Assembly (NCBI RefSeq): GCF_004010195.1
Contig: NC_057755.1
Location: 5,445,789-5,493,667, forward strand
DNA length: 47,879 bases
DNA from: Chiloscyllium plagiosum
Taxonomy: Eukaryota
Direction of reading: 5' to 3'
The translations under genes were made by a program, and so were the position numbers. Below the pieces are notes generated by a model. It had not been told where the DNA came from. It searched no databases and saw only the letters and a program-made list of their open reading frames with translations. Positions 24,731 through 37,754 of this stretch are shown here, in pieces. Each line of letters begins with the position of its first letter. Position 1 is the stretch's first letter.

Positions 24731-24922
24731 GTTTCCTCTGTCGTAAGCCACTCCCTGTGTCCCTGTAGTCAGGATCCTCCCTCTTATTCCTAATAAAATT
24801 CTCCTCCTATTAATTTTAGTTACTTTCCCGAACTTTTCTGTCTTTATCCGTCCCCCTTTTCCTGTATTCAGCTCTCTCCCTATAACTCTGCAATTAACCC
24901 TCTCCTATTGTCTATGTAATTC

Positions 24923-25048
24923 CTGAAGAAGGGCTCATGCCCGAAATGTCGATTCTCCCGCTCCTTGGATGCTGCCTAACCTGCTGCGCTTTTCCAGCAA
25001 CACATTTTCAGCTCTGATCTCCAGCATCCGCAGTCCTCACTTTCTCCG
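24923..25048 (+). mobile_element. Short Penelope-derived element with minimal hammerhead motif
   Basis: CTGAAGA-A-GGGC-TCAT-GCCC-GAAA-TGTC at its 5' end; 9-bp TSD ATGTAATTC (24914-24922 and 25049-25057). Confidence 0.85.
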
Positions 25049-25639
25049 ATGTAATTCTCTCCCCATTATTCTCCATTGAGTTACCTCCCTATTACAAAAT
25101 TTTACCCTGTCTATATCCGAATTCAATGCTTTTTCATTTCCCCGTGCTCTTTAGTTATTGCCCTCCACTCCCCCCGCGACTCCCCCATCCAGAATGTGTG
25201 TTTCCTCTCTACAATAACCAGAGACCACGTGTCCCTGCCTGATCATTCCCCACAACTGCAAACACGGGATCACTGATGCGCTGTGCTGCCGGCCCTCTGG
25301 CCTGCGCTGGGATTGCAGATCCGTTCCAAAGTGCCGTGAAGCTCAGCAGCACCCCTACATGGACAGAGACAGTATCACTGTTTGGTAGAAGAAAGGCACA
25401 ATTTCAATATGAACTAATACAGTATTGATGTATAAATAGGAAAAGTTACAAGACACAACAGGAAACACATACAAACATGAACATTTCTAGTATGCAACAA
25501 TATTTGGATATAAACTCGAACATCTCCAATACTAACAATATTTATGCTCCAATGCACAATGATATTACATGTAAACACAATCAGCTGTAATACACAACAA
25601 TATTTGTACTGACACAAATAGCACCAACATATAACAATA

Positions 25640-26505
25640 CATAATGTATATTATACAAGTAAAACATGGGATAATGTTTATATGAAGGACTTGCACGGAG
25701 GAAGTGATTGCTCTGTTGCCAAATGTGCAGAAGGCACAAAAATGTTTGGGAAGACAAGTTGGCACATTGCTTTTGCTTTCTTAGGTATGGGGATGGTGGT
25801 GGTCTCCTTGCAGAAGATGGAGACTTCCACTTGTCTGAGGGAGAGGTTAAAGATGTCGGTGAATATCTCCGCAAATTGGTCCATACAGGATCGAAGTGCA
25901 TGGCCAGAGACTGCATCCAAACCCGTCTTTGGGTTGATTCTCAAGAAACCTTTTCTGACATGTGCAGTCGTGAACGATTGACAGGTGTGTCAGGGGCTGT
26001 TGGAACAGGAGTCACTGCGCCCCTGGCATTCTGGTTGAACCACACACGGAAAGCATTGAGCTTCTTAGAGAGCGATGTGTCTTTGTCCGCTATTGTTCTT
26101 TGCTTCATTTGGCATCCTGTAACTTTCTTTAGGTCTTGCCATAGACAGCGGGAGTCTGTTTGGTTTGGATGGGCCTTTCAAGTGGTCTTCTACTCCCTCT
26201 TCACATCTCTGCTGGCCTTGCAGATGTTAGATCTGGATTCCTGTTTAGGTTTGGCTCTTCCCACTTGAATGTTGCCCGTCTGGTCTTCAGTTGGGACTGG
26301 ATTTCCCTGGTCAACACGAGGTCGACACTTGGGGAACACACGCATTGACTTCTTCAATACTCAGTCCTCCATGCATTTGCTAAAGACGTCCGTGATGGTG
26401 ATGTTTACTTATCCAGATTTTCTGCTGAGTGCTTTAACACAGTCCGGTTCACCAATTCTAAACAATCCCAGAGACTGTCATTCATAGCCAGAGACCAGGA
26501 CATTG
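25640..26505 (-). mobile_element. Rex1/Babar LINE fragment
   Basis: ORF 25678-25944 DAVSGHALRSCMDQFAEIFTDIFNLSL...FCKETTTIPIPKK matches the Rex1 pre-RT motif pattern. Confidence 0.8.
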
Positions 26506-26509
26506 AGTG

Positions 26510-27153
26510 TGTGATGATGCTGCTCCTTTAATGTTCTTATTTTTTTTTCTTAGAATGTTTGTAAATGCAGAGGTTCTGTGGTGTCTCGTTTTGATGGGTT
26601 TTAGGGCCAACTTCATGATTTCTAACAGACACTACCTCCAGCAAAAGACGTTCAAGTAAAAAAAAATACAATGAAAGGGAATGGCCAATTCTCACAGCCC
26701 AGCTTTATTCTGGTCTGGTTTAGTTTGGTTTGCTGTTAGTAAACAGCCAGTCTTTCAGACTGCTGGTAAAAGGAACAGCTACGTGAAAGTAATTGTTCCA
26801 TGCTGAATCTCTCTCTGACATCTCTCCTGTCAGCCCCTGTGTTTGATTTGAACTGTATTGCCATGAGGTGTTTAAGGGGATTTGTGCAGAATTTAGAACA
26901 ATTATTAAGTTGGGATAGTCTGTTCGCTTTCACACAGGTTAACTTAGTCTGTATTCTGTTCCCTTTGGTTGTGTTTCATTCGGTACTCTGGAAATAAATT
27001 CTGTTTTATTTCAATCCGAGGAATATCGACAAGCTCCATCACTCCTGGAATGTCCACTGTATATATCTGCTCAAAACAAGTTAAGCTCAGAAAAGTTAGG
27101 GTTTGGGCTACCATCTTGAAATGTTTTGAAAGGGTCTGGCCTGGTCTATAACA
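26510..27153 (+). mobile_element. Probable solo LTR
   Basis: TGTGATG...TATAACA termini (imperfect inverted repeat), internal AATAAA near 26993; no TSD recognised. Confidence 0.5.
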
Positions 27154-27184
27154 ATTTTATTAAAAATATGTGTTCCTAATTGAT

Positions 27185-27300
27185 CAGGGAATCAAATGTT
27201 ATGGGGAGAATGCAGGATAATAGAATTCCATCATGTGGAAATGTCAGAACGACTGGTTGGGGTGAATGGCCTAATTCTGCTCCCACACTATATAACTTAA
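27185..27300 (+). mobile_element. CR1 3' end fragment
   Basis: GGGAATCAAATGTTATGGGGAGAATGCAGG..GGTGAATGGCCTAATTCTGCTCC. Confidence 0.6.
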
Positions 27301-27599
27301 TGATCTAATATGTAACAATAATAATGAATGGACACAACCAGCTTCAATATTGCATCCATGTTACAAACAAGGATGGATATTTCCATCCTTGAATATTTCC
27401 ATTCATTGAATATTTCCCTGTCTTCTTTCGTTCATTCGTCTTAGGTCCTTGAATTGAAGTGACAGTTGAGCTCTCAGACTGCAGGAGCTACGGATGCTGA
27501 TAGTTAGATATTTCCTAGCTTGCCGGAATTGCGGACGATGTGCACCGTGACCTGCTCAAGGGTTCACTTGAACCTTTTCACGAGAGGGAATATCAAGAT

Positions 27600-29230
27600 C
27601 AGACATACACAGAACCACACCCAAAGGATCACCGAAACACATCCACACTCTCGCACAAACATACACGTACATACAGAAACACATCTACACCCACAAACTG
27701 ACGTACACATACACGCAGAACACATACCTCGACAAAGAAATGCAGTCAAAGTGAGATATAAGAACACACTGACAAACAAAAGCACACATAAACGTACACA
27801 CAATGCATAGATACACAGTAACACCATCAATCTGAAACGTGGGAACACATCTGCACACGGACTACAGCAACATTCCAGCACCCTCGCAACACACAGGAAA
27901 GAAAACAGAGTGCAGAAGGGGGCACACCTTCTCACACATGTGTGCACACGTATAAACCCAGACAAACAGTCATACTGAGACACACTTATGTATGCACAGA
28001 ATGCATACACAAACACACACAAAGAAATGCAGTCATACTGATGATTTAGAGAAGTGGTTGCTGGACTGGGGTGTACGAATTTAAAAATCACGCAACATCA
28101 GGTTCTGGTCCAACAAATCTATTTGGAAGCATTATTTCAGAGTACTGCTCCTTCACCACCTGGTGAAATTTTGCAGGCACAGTGAGAAATCGGAACAAAT
28201 CTACACACACGCTCACACACACACATATGCACACACAAGTACAGAAAGGAACACGTTATGTACATGCCAAATGCACACATATCCACACACAGAGAAATGC
28301 ATTCATACTGAGATATAGGAACACATCTCCACACAAAGAATCACACCTACAGCCCCACACACAGATATAAAAGAACTCAGCGTAAGAGTCATTAAACACC
28401 AACTTGCAAGAACTGACAGTACCTTTTTCGGCACACACACAAGCACATTCAAATAGTTACTGAACCACAACCACAATGAGATATAGAAGAGTGACACTCA
28501 GAAACAGAGACACACCTACAGAGAGACAGAGAGAGTTCCTACTGGGGGCACAGAAAGCCCTTGACACACGGACAGACAGCCAAGCACAGTCTGATCAATA
28601 CACTCACTTGCTTATACATGAACATAGACAGGCAGAGAGACACCCGCACTCCAATAATAATACAATGACACTCAGAGACACACACACACACAGTGTCATA
28701 GAACCACCAAGACATGCTGAGAGTAATGCACACAGACACACACACAAACACACACACACACGCACACACACAGACACACAGAGACACACACACACAAAAC
28801 CACACCGTCATAGGACTGTGACCTTACAAACATCATACACACAGGCAAAAACACAACAGCTTCACAATGTGCAAAGTACACACAGATAAGCAATCACACA
28901 GGGACAGTAACATGCACCCACATAAGAACGCTTACCTTCACGGGAACACTCATACAAGACTGAATAACATATCCAAATATATAAACACTTGAATGGAAAT
29001 TCACCAAACTACTTCCCAATACGCACAAAGGGAAACCCACACATAGATGCATAAACACAGTCATGATGTGTCACACTCAGGGATATATCTAATGACAAAA
29101 ACTGAGGGACACACAAACAAAGTGAGATCCCCACAAAGGCAATGAAGTACACCCCCTAAACAGATACACACAGAGACCGTCACACACTGAAAGGGAGATG
29201 CATGAACACACTTCCCGCACAGCCACAGAC
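27600..29230. repeat. CA-rich low-complexity tract (degenerate satellite)
   Basis: Dense CACA/CAGA runs and recurring AGAAATGCA.TCATACTGAGA units. Confidence 0.8.
28042..28165 (-). mobile_element. Penelope pLTR fragment
   Basis: Degenerate reverse complement of 46010-46135. Confidence 0.7.
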
Positions 29231-29429
29231 AGAAGAAAGGAAGACGATCAAACTCCAGCAGACATCATTACAGTAATGTGTCAACGTATTGTCGGCTGTA
29301 TCTGTGCACTTTGCAGTTTACAAAATCACTGCCTGGTGAAGGATCAGTGAATGAGGGGATGAGGAAGTGCTTTGAATCAATGCAAGTGAGCATGTTGAAA
29401 ACTGAGACAAGTGTCTGTCATCGCCTTTG

Positions 29430-29690
29430 CGAGAGAAAGACACAGAGAGAGAGGGAGTCACAGAGAGACCGGGAAAGAGATAGACAGGGAGACAAAGAAG
29501 GATAGAAATAGAGGGATACAGTGAGGCAGACAGACAGATAGACAGGTAGAGAGACAGATCGATGCAGACAGTGGGGCAAAAAGAGCGAGACAAAAAGAGA
29601 GAAAGAGAGACACAGCAAGAAACTGAGAGATGGAGGGTCAGCGTGAGAGAGGAAAAAAGGCAGACAGGTGAGGTAGAGAGAGAGAGAAAA
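29430..29690. repeat. GA-rich low-complexity tract
   Basis: GAGA/GACA runs. Confidence 0.85.
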
Positions 29691-30079
29691 AACAATATTT
29701 CTGTGAAGTAAGTAGACAGGTGGTGGACTCAATAAACTCTCTCAAACACAAATATGCTTCTCCAATATCCAACTCAGATGAGGTGATCACTGGCACCCAG
29801 AACCTTTCCCTGTTGGTTGTAATAAAGTGTTTATTATGAGCTGAACAGAGAGAGTCTGAGAATCATCATGGTACAGGAACGACAGCTTCTGCCCCACCCC
29901 TCCTCCCCTGCAAGAGAAATACAGAGACCCATCCTACTGGTCTTTAACACTCATCCAAAGGGCACTCTGTGAAGACCCAATATTCCAGCTGAAGCCATCA
30001 CTCGCAGCCAGCCTGTCATTTGGAATCACTCCTCCAGCCTCTTTACATCCTCTTTCCATCATCAGTGAAGAATTTACGT

Positions 30080-30335
30080 GACCAGAACTTCGCTCTGAAT
30101 TTGGGCAGAGTCGCTGCATAAAATAATGTGTTCGTGCTGCAGCTTAAATCCCTCAGCATTTCTGCCATCAACGTAAACTGGAAGAGATGAGAGCTCTTCC
30201 AACGATATGCTTCTTTAGTGCTAAAGTTTCAGATGTTTCCACCCTGCGCTAACCACACAAGTACAAAGCTGATGGATATAGAGATGAGAGATATCACCGA
30301 CTTCCTCAAGCTCTCCATCTCTGTGTCTTCAGTAC
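30080..30335 (-). pseudogene. GPR139-like GPCR pseudogene fragment (TM6-TM7)
   Basis: Translates EMESLRKSVISLISISISFVLVWLAQGGNI*...MAEMLRDLSCSTNTLFYAATLPKFRAKF, paralogous to the C-terminus of the 36889-37754 exon; adjacent 29982-30041 matches 36345-36405. Confidence 0.85.
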
Positions 30336-30662
30336 ACTCGGGTTCCACAATTCAAAGAAATATTTCTGGGAAGTGGGCTGGGAAGTGAAACATTTTCAGA
30401 AAGGAAGTAAACGATGAACGTTTGTATCATCCAATAAACCTCAGTTCTAAAATGCTCTGTGTCCGCTGGAAGTTAACTCAGTGCTGTCAGCGGTTTGTTC
30501 AAGTTCTTAAATGAATGAATTGCACCACAGTCTTGAATGAATGAATTGTAACGTAACAGTCCCCCAGGCGATGTCAGCAGGTTTCAATGAAAGGTTTTGA
30601 GGTTGTCTCACATTGGCACTGAGTACACAGAGATTTACTGCACAAAGAGATTCAGGCAGAAA

Positions 30663-30729
30663 ATGACGTTTTCACTTCACCATGTGTGAAGAATATTTTA
30701 CACGATGTTTCAGTTTGTAACAATTCTTG
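30663..30729 (+). pseudogene. Dead exon 1 of a GPR139-like paralog
   Basis: MTFSLHHV*RIFYTMFQFVTIL versus intact MTFSISDVWKIFITTLPFVTIP; TGG>TGA and donor GTAAG>TTAAG. Flanks about 30424-31690 align inverted to about 46745-43930. Confidence 0.85.
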
Positions 30730-31248
30730 TTAAGTGCCCTTACACCATTGACTTTGTGTGAACCTGTCTGTGGATTCTCTGCGCGGTCCATTTATCACTT
30801 ACAATGATGCAGGGGCATGTTGTGCCCAAAAGCCACACATTGGCAGACGTTCAGTAATTTAGTCTCAGATGAATGAGACGCCGTGGAAACTCCATCATCG
30901 CATATCCCTCACGGAAATTATTGCTTGGGAAATTATTCATCTCTTCTGAGAACGTTGCAGAAATCTCCATTTCACTTGGAGACTTCAGAGAATTTCGGTG
31001 GAATTAAGCAAAGGAATCACTTTAGAAAAATATAAGCGCCAGTATTTTTTTTATGTAGAGAGTGCAAAATCGTTTAGTTTGCATTTGGCTCTGGATTTTT
31101 GAGTGAATAAGCAATTGGCTTCTCTGTACATCTGCAGTTAATGGAGAACTTGAAGTTATTTCTGGAATGATAAGATTTGTTTTTAAAAATGTGTTTGGAG
31201 TTTGGATGTAGGCTGATAGGCTTTGTAGTCAAGATTGAAGTCAAGTCA

Positions 31249-31366
31249 AAGAGCCCCTGCCTGAAACGTCGATTTTCCTGCTTCTTGGCCTGGCCTGCTG
31301 TGCTTTTCCAGCATTCCTCGAATCTTGACTTGAATCTCCAGCATCTGCAGTCCTCACCTTCTCCTG
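31249..31366 (+). mobile_element. Short Penelope-derived element (degenerate)
   Basis: GAAACGTCGATTTTCCTGCT..CCAGCATCTGCAGTCCTCAC. Confidence 0.7.
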
Positions 31367-32351
31367 AATGGCTTTGAACACGAGTGAACCTTTGTTTACT
31401 TTTGACGCTTGCAGCACAGCATGGATTTGTAGAGTTCTGGAATTTTCGATTGAAGAAGAAAGAAGTAATTGAGAAAGCATTAATTTCACATCAATTATAT
31501 TTGTAATTTATTTTAGTTCCTCTATGACCCTGGAACTGAGTGGATGTGTAGATCTGTGCTCATGTGAGTTGCGAGTTTTAATAAATTAGACTGCCTAGGA
31601 ATGAAAATTCCTGTGTCGGTCCCAGACAGAAGTGTTGGGACAAGGAAAAGCTCTGAAGCGATTGTTTAAAGCAGAGTACATTGACACTCAGGTGTACCGT
31701 AGCCCCAGGAAGACATTTGCTATAGTGTCAGTTTAGAAGTGGCAGTCACAAATCATTTAGCCAAGTGATAGATACAGGGATTCTGATGTGAATATTACAC
31801 AAAGAACAAAGAAAATTTCCATACCAGGCAACATCCTCGTAAACCTTTTCTGCACCCTCTCCAATGCGTCCACATCCTTTTGGTAATGTGGCGCCCTGAA
31901 CTGTACACAGTATATTAAATACAGCCGAACCAATGTCTTGGATAATTTTAACATGACGTGCCAGTGCTTATATTCAATACCCCGTCCAATGAAGCCAAGT
32001 ATACCATATGCCTTCTTGACCAATCTATCCAACTCTGCAGCAACCTTCAGGATACAATGGACCTGCACTCCCAGATATCTCTGCCCATCTACTTTTCGCA
32101 AAACTCTTCCATTCATTGTATGATTTGCTCTAGAATTAGACTTGCCTAAATGCATCACCTCACATTTGTCTGGATTGAAAGCCATCTGCCACCTTTCTGC
32201 CCAACTCTCCAGTCTATCTATATCCTCCTGCATTTTCTGACAGTCCCTTATGCTTTCTGCTACTCCACCAATCTTTGTGTCATCTGCAAACTTGCTGATC
32301 ATAACACCAGTGCCCTCTTCTAGATCATTTATGTATATTAAAAACAACAGT

Positions 32352-33195
32352 GGGCGGCACGGTGGCACAGTGGTTAGCATTATCTGTTTTGATGAGGAAA
32401 CAATATTTGCAGCATTTTGTGATTAATGTCAACAAGAAATCACTTTGTTAAATTAAAACAAATAAGGTCATCATCCATCAAGTTGGATTTCTGACGAGGA
32501 TCTGGCGTGTTCTGTAATTAATCAGCTTGTGCTGGAACTGATAGACTAATCCCACTCTTCAAATACATTGCGCCCCAACGACATTCGTCCAGATCGATTA
32601 TATGCCCCAGACACTGACCAGGATTGCACAATGAAATGTAATTCCATATTATCCCTTCAAAGTTACTACTCTCTCACTCAGCACCAGATCCAATGCAAAA
32701 CAAATTCCCTCAGCCCCTGCCAGATTTGTAACAGTGGAACTGCATGAGACACTGGCTGGCTCACACAAATGCGGCTTAGTGCAAATTACTGGTCATCACC
32801 GAGGAGTAATTGATAATTGCAGATGCTAGAGATCAGAGTCGAGAGTCTGATGCTGGAAAGGCACTGCAGGTCAGGCAGTATCCGATGAGCAGGAGAATCG
32901 ACAAATCGGACATGAACCCTTCATTGGATTATCAATTTAAAGGTTAATTGCCTCTGACATCTGTGTGGAGTTTGCACATTCTCGCCGTGTCTGCGTGGGT
33001 TTCCTCCTGGTGCTCCGGTTTCCACCCACAGTCCAAAAATGTGCAGGTTAGGTGAATTGGCCACGCTAAATTGCCCATAGCATTAAGTAAAGGGATACAT
33101 GTAATGGGTCTGGGTGGGTTGCTCTTCGGAGGGTCGGTGTGGACTTGTTGGGCTGAAGGGCCTGTTTCCCACACTGTACGTAATCTACAAATCTA
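32352..33195 (+). mobile_element. HE1/V-SINE split by a 578-bp insertion (head 32352-32379, body 32961-33195)
   Basis: GGGCGGCACGGTGGCACAGTGGTTAGCA head; body resumes CTGTGTGGAGTTTGCAC at 32961. Confidence 0.85.
32383..32960 (+). repeat. 578-bp direct duplicate of 34697-35274
   Basis: Five substitutions counted by eye; otherwise identical. Confidence 0.95.
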
Positions 33196-34291
33196 CAGTA
33201 CTGACCCCTGTGGAACACCACTGGTCACGTTTCTCATTCCAAAAAACTCCCTCCCAGTGCTACACTCAGTCTCCTGTTGCTCAACCAGTTCTTTCCTCAC
33301 CTCGCGAGAACACCCTGCACACCACGTGACTTCACTTTCTCCATTTGACTGCAATGGGGATCCTTATCAAACGCCTTACTGAAGTCCATTATATGATATC
33401 AGCAGCCCTTCCTTCATCTAACAACTTGGTGACTTCCTCAATGAACTCTATTAAGTTGATAAAGCACGATCACCCCCGCACAAAACCATGTTGCCTGTCA
33501 CTGACAAGCTCATTCTTCTCTAAATATAAATAGAACCTATCTCTCAGTAATCTCTCCAGAAACTTCCCCTCCACCGACATCAGGCTCACTGGTCTGTAAT
33601 TACCAGGAATATCCCTACTACCCTTCTTGTGCAGGGGGACAACATGAGCAACCCTCCAGTCCTCCATCACCTCACCTGTATTTCAGGATGCCCCAAAGAT
33701 ATCTGTCAGGGCTCCAGCTATTTCCTCTCTCGCCTCCCTCAGCAACGTGGGATAGATCCCATCCGGTCCTTGCGATTTGTCCACCTTAATAACCTCTAGC
33801 CTACCCAACACATCTTCCCTACTTATGCCAACGTGCTCCAGACTAATCAAAGTTCTATCTGTAATCTCAAGATTCGTCATGTTCCTCTCCTCAGTGAACA
33901 CTGATGCAAAGCAATCATTCAGAATCTCATCCATTGTCTCAGGTTTGACACACAGCCTTCTTTCATTATCTTTTAGTTGACCAACCCTTTCTCTAGTTAC
34001 GTGCTTGCTTCTTATATAAGAATAAGATACTTTGGGATTGTCTCTAATTCTGCTTGCTAAAGCTATTTCATGACCCCTAATACCCTTGATTGTTTAAGAC
34101 TTGTCCTACTCTTCCGACATTCCGCCAGGCCCGTTCTGTTCTTCACTGCCTCGACCTTACGTACGCTTCCCTTTTCCTCTTGGCGAGTTGTACAATTTCT
34201 CCTGTCATCCATGGTTCACGAATCGTGTCCTTCCTATACTTTGCTTTACCACGGGACATAGTTATCCTGCATTGCCCTTAACCGACGTCTA

Positions 34292-34491
34292 CAGTGTAAT
34301 TTAGCATGGCCAACCAACCTAATCTGCACATTTTTGGATTGTGGGAGGAAACCGGAGCACCCAGAGGAAACCCACGCAGAGACTTGGAGAATGTGCAAAC
34401 TCCACACAGTCAGTTGTCTGAGGAGGGAATTGAAGCCAGGTCTCTGGCGCTGTGAGGCAGTAGTGCTAACCACTGTGCCACAGTGCCGCCC
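34292..34491 (-). mobile_element. HE1/V-SINE 5' part (lacks 3' tail)
   Basis: Reverse complement of SINE head and V-domain (GGAAACCGGAGCACCCAGAGGAAACCCACGCA..TAACCACTGTGCCACAGTGCCGCCC). Confidence 0.9.
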
Positions 34492-36888
34492 ATTATGGGA
34501 ATTATTTTTTTGGAACGGCACTGGGAGTCGTGTTATGTAGAATAGATAAAAATCGTGTCCTTTTGCTTCATTGATACATTGTTTTGAGATTAAAGAGAGT
34601 TATGAAATATACTGCGTGTTCATTGCCTTTGTCTCTGTGTTTTTGGTGCGAAGTTTGGTTTATTCTAGTTTGTCGTCATTTCTTTTGGAATAAATTTCTG
34701 TTTTGATTAGGAAACAATATTTGCAGCATTGTGTGATTAATGTCAACAAGAAATCACTTTGTTAAATGAAAACAAATAAGGTCATCATCCATCAAGTTGG
34801 ATTTCTGACGAGGATCTGGCGTGTTCTGGAATTAATCAGCTTGTGCTGGAACTGATAGACTAATCCCACTCTTCAAATACATTGCGCCCCAACGACATTC
34901 GTCCAGATCGATTATATGCCCCAGACACTGACCAGGATTGCACAATGAAATGTAATTCCATATTATCCCTTCAAAGTTACTACTCTCTCACTCAGCACCA
35001 GATCCAATGCAAAACAAATTCCCTCAGCCCCTGCCAGATTTGTAACAGTGGAACTGCATGAGACACTGGCTGGCTCACACAAATGCGGCTTAGTGCAAAT
35101 TACTGGTCATCACCGAGGAGTAATTGATAATTGCAGATGCTAGAGATCAGAGTCGAGAGTCTGATGCTGGAAAGGCACTGCAGGTCAGGCAGTATCCGAT
35201 GAGCAGAAGAATCGACAAATCGGACATGAACCCTTCATTGGATTATCAATTTAAAGGTTAATTGCCTCTGACATGATATAACATAATAGAGAGTCAGCGA
35301 GATGTGATTTTTGTATCATATCATATTGTACAACGGATTGGACCTGCTCGATTCACTAATTGCAGTATTAATCTGCCTGTTTTGTTTTGTATTGTGTAGT
35401 TTATTCATAAAATATCAACAAGCACATTCCAAAACGATTTGAGTCAGCTATCGCAGAGAATACAATAAAAAGTCACATCACCCTATTTGCATTTCCATTA
35501 TTTGCTGACTGAATGTCAGTCAAATTAGAACAGTTGCTAAACTTGACAAGGAATAGATCACTCTCCAAAACAAACTGTGTGGGATTCAATGAGTTAACAG
35601 ATCCTTTGTTTATCATCGCAGAGATAAGTCAGATCGTGGTTTGCACCTTTAATGATGAAACAAACAGTTCTCAGCTCTGTTAGCAATGTCCGCCAGACAA
35701 TCACATCTTCTCAAGTGCAACAACTCATGCTTTTTGTAATATAGTGACCAGACGATTCGAGGTAATCCTAATTTGAGGACGGGAAAAGATTGTGGCTGTG
35801 AGAGATGCTCCAGTATTTGGGGTATTTCAGGTGTCAGCGCAGANNNNNNNNNNNNNNNNNNNNNNNNNNNNNNNNNNNNNNNNNNNNNNNNNNNNNNNNN
35901 NNNNNNNNNNNNNNNNNNNNNNNNNNNNNNNNNNNNNNNNNNNNNNNNNNNNNNNNNNNNNNNNNNNNNNNNNNNNNNNNNNNNNNNNNNNNNNNNNNNN
36001 NNNNNNNNNNNNNNNNNNNNNNNNNNNNNNNNNNNNNNNNNNNNNNNNNNNNNNNNNNNNNNNNNNNNNNNNNNNNNNNNNNNNNNNNNNNNNNNNNNNN
36101 NNNNNNNNNNNNNNNNNNNNNNNNNNNNNNNNNNNNNNNNNNNNNNNNNNNNNNNNNNNNNNNNNNNNNNNNNNNNNNNNNNNNNNNNNNNNNNNNNNNN
36201 NNNNNNNNNNNNNNNNNNNNNNNNNNNNNNNNNNNNNNNNNNNNNNNNNNNNNNNNNNNNNNNNNNNNNNNNNNNNNNNNNNNNNNNNNNNNNNNNNNNN
36301 NNNNNNNNNNNNNNNNNNNNNNNNNNNNNNNNNNNNNNNNNNNGTTCCAGCTGAACCCTTCACTCACAGCCTGTCCATCACTTGGAATCACTCCTGCAAC
36401 CTCCTTCCAACCTACCCTGCCCCGGATAGTCACCTCTTGTTCCATTACCTGCTGTCCCTTTGTCATAACCTTCAGTATCGATGAAGGGGACTGCAGATAA
36501 ATGATTGCCAATGTTTTGAGGGATGATGTGGGAGGGGTGCTCAGGTGAACAAGGAAATGCGGGTTGGATGGTACAGTTGAATCAATTGAGATTTTCTGGG
36601 CTGGCAGAGCGATCAGAAATGAAGGGCTGAATGGCCTCTTGATGCTCATTGTGTGCTCCCGTGTGTGTCAATCCGTCAGTCAATCAGGGGTAGCAGCATG
36701 CTCCTGAGCATCGTGAATGTTAATCCAACCTGTTACTGGCCTCCCCATCCTCCACTTGGTGTTATACTCAAATCCATGTGCTTGTGCTGATGGAATCCTG
36801 GCCGTACATCTGCAATACCTGTACTAGGAACACTGCGGCTGCCTCTGGAGCTCTCTCAGTTGTTTTGCTAATTCATTAAGTGATGAAT

Positions 36889-37754
36889 TTACATGACCAG
36901 TTGGTGCACTGCATTCCTGAACTTCGCTCTGAACTTGGACAGAGTCACTGCATAAAATAATGTGTTTGTGCTGCAGCTGAAATCCTTCAGCATTTCTGCA
37001 ATTTTTGCAACACCGATGACAGGTCTGTAGTTCCCTCCTTTAAAATTATTGTACAGAACGTCTGCACCCTGAATTATCCACAGAAGTATGAAGCAGATTG
37101 ATATGGTGAAGAGGGAAATCACTGACTCCCTCCGGCTCTCCATCACTGCATCTTTGTGATTGTCTCCCTTCCTCTGACCCCTCAGGCTCTTGCGTAGTCG
37201 ACTGGCCACTAAAATGCGCCTTACCGTCAAAGCGTTCATCAACAGAATTAACACGAATGGAATTAAAGGGGTTAAAATGATATTGAACCACGTAAACCCC
37301 AACCACCTGGGATCGGTAAGACAACTTGACTTTGTTCGACAATACCAACCAACATTGTCAATTATCCTCCCAGGTTCAAACCGAAAATAGAATGGAATGT
37401 TTTTTGAACAGAGTAGAATGCTGGTTGCAGCTAGAGCCACAGCCAAGGCTTTTTCTGTCCAATATTTTTTCTTCACTTTCAGACAGGAAATGGCCACAAA
37501 ACGTTCAAAGGAGAAAAGGACAGTGTACCAGACGGAACAGTCTGTGGCTGCTCGAGCTAAGGCATAGACAACACTGCACACAGGAGTGATATTCAGGTAA
37601 GACCATGGGTCGTAAATGAATTTGAATTTCCACAGAATAATCTCCGTGAGAATAAACAGGAGATCCGATGTTGCCATGGCCATCAGGCAGCGCATTGTGC
37701 AGTTAGAGAGGCCGCATTTTCCCCGTGCGAGAACCAAAACCACCAGGAAATTAA
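36889..37754 (-). CDS. Exon 2 of rhodopsin-class GPCR, probable G-protein coupled receptor 139-like (chondrichthyan expansion type)
   Basis: Open 866 nt: NFLVVLVLARGKCGLS, AMATSDLL, PVC, DCSVWYTVLFSFERFVAI, TPLIPF..LN, SCSTNTLFY; acceptor CCTCCTGTGTCTTTCAG directly upstream, phase 1. Confidence 0.92.

Larger units (their letters stand above)
31800..34275 (-). mobile_element. 5'-truncated CR1 (HER1-like) LINE ORF2, interrupted by SINE and insertion
   Basis: FLIYINDL..ISKFADDTKIGG..WAERWQMAFNPDKCEVMH; PGNYRPVSLMSV; DKSQGPDGIYP. Confidence 0.92.

Noticed and set aside
25708..26268. 186-aa plus-strand ORF
   Set aside because: Antisense to the Rex1 fragment with no recognisable domain.
27520..29732. 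Cys/Val-, His/Thr- and Ser/Leu-rich ORFs
   Set aside because: Translations of CA and GA low-complexity DNA.
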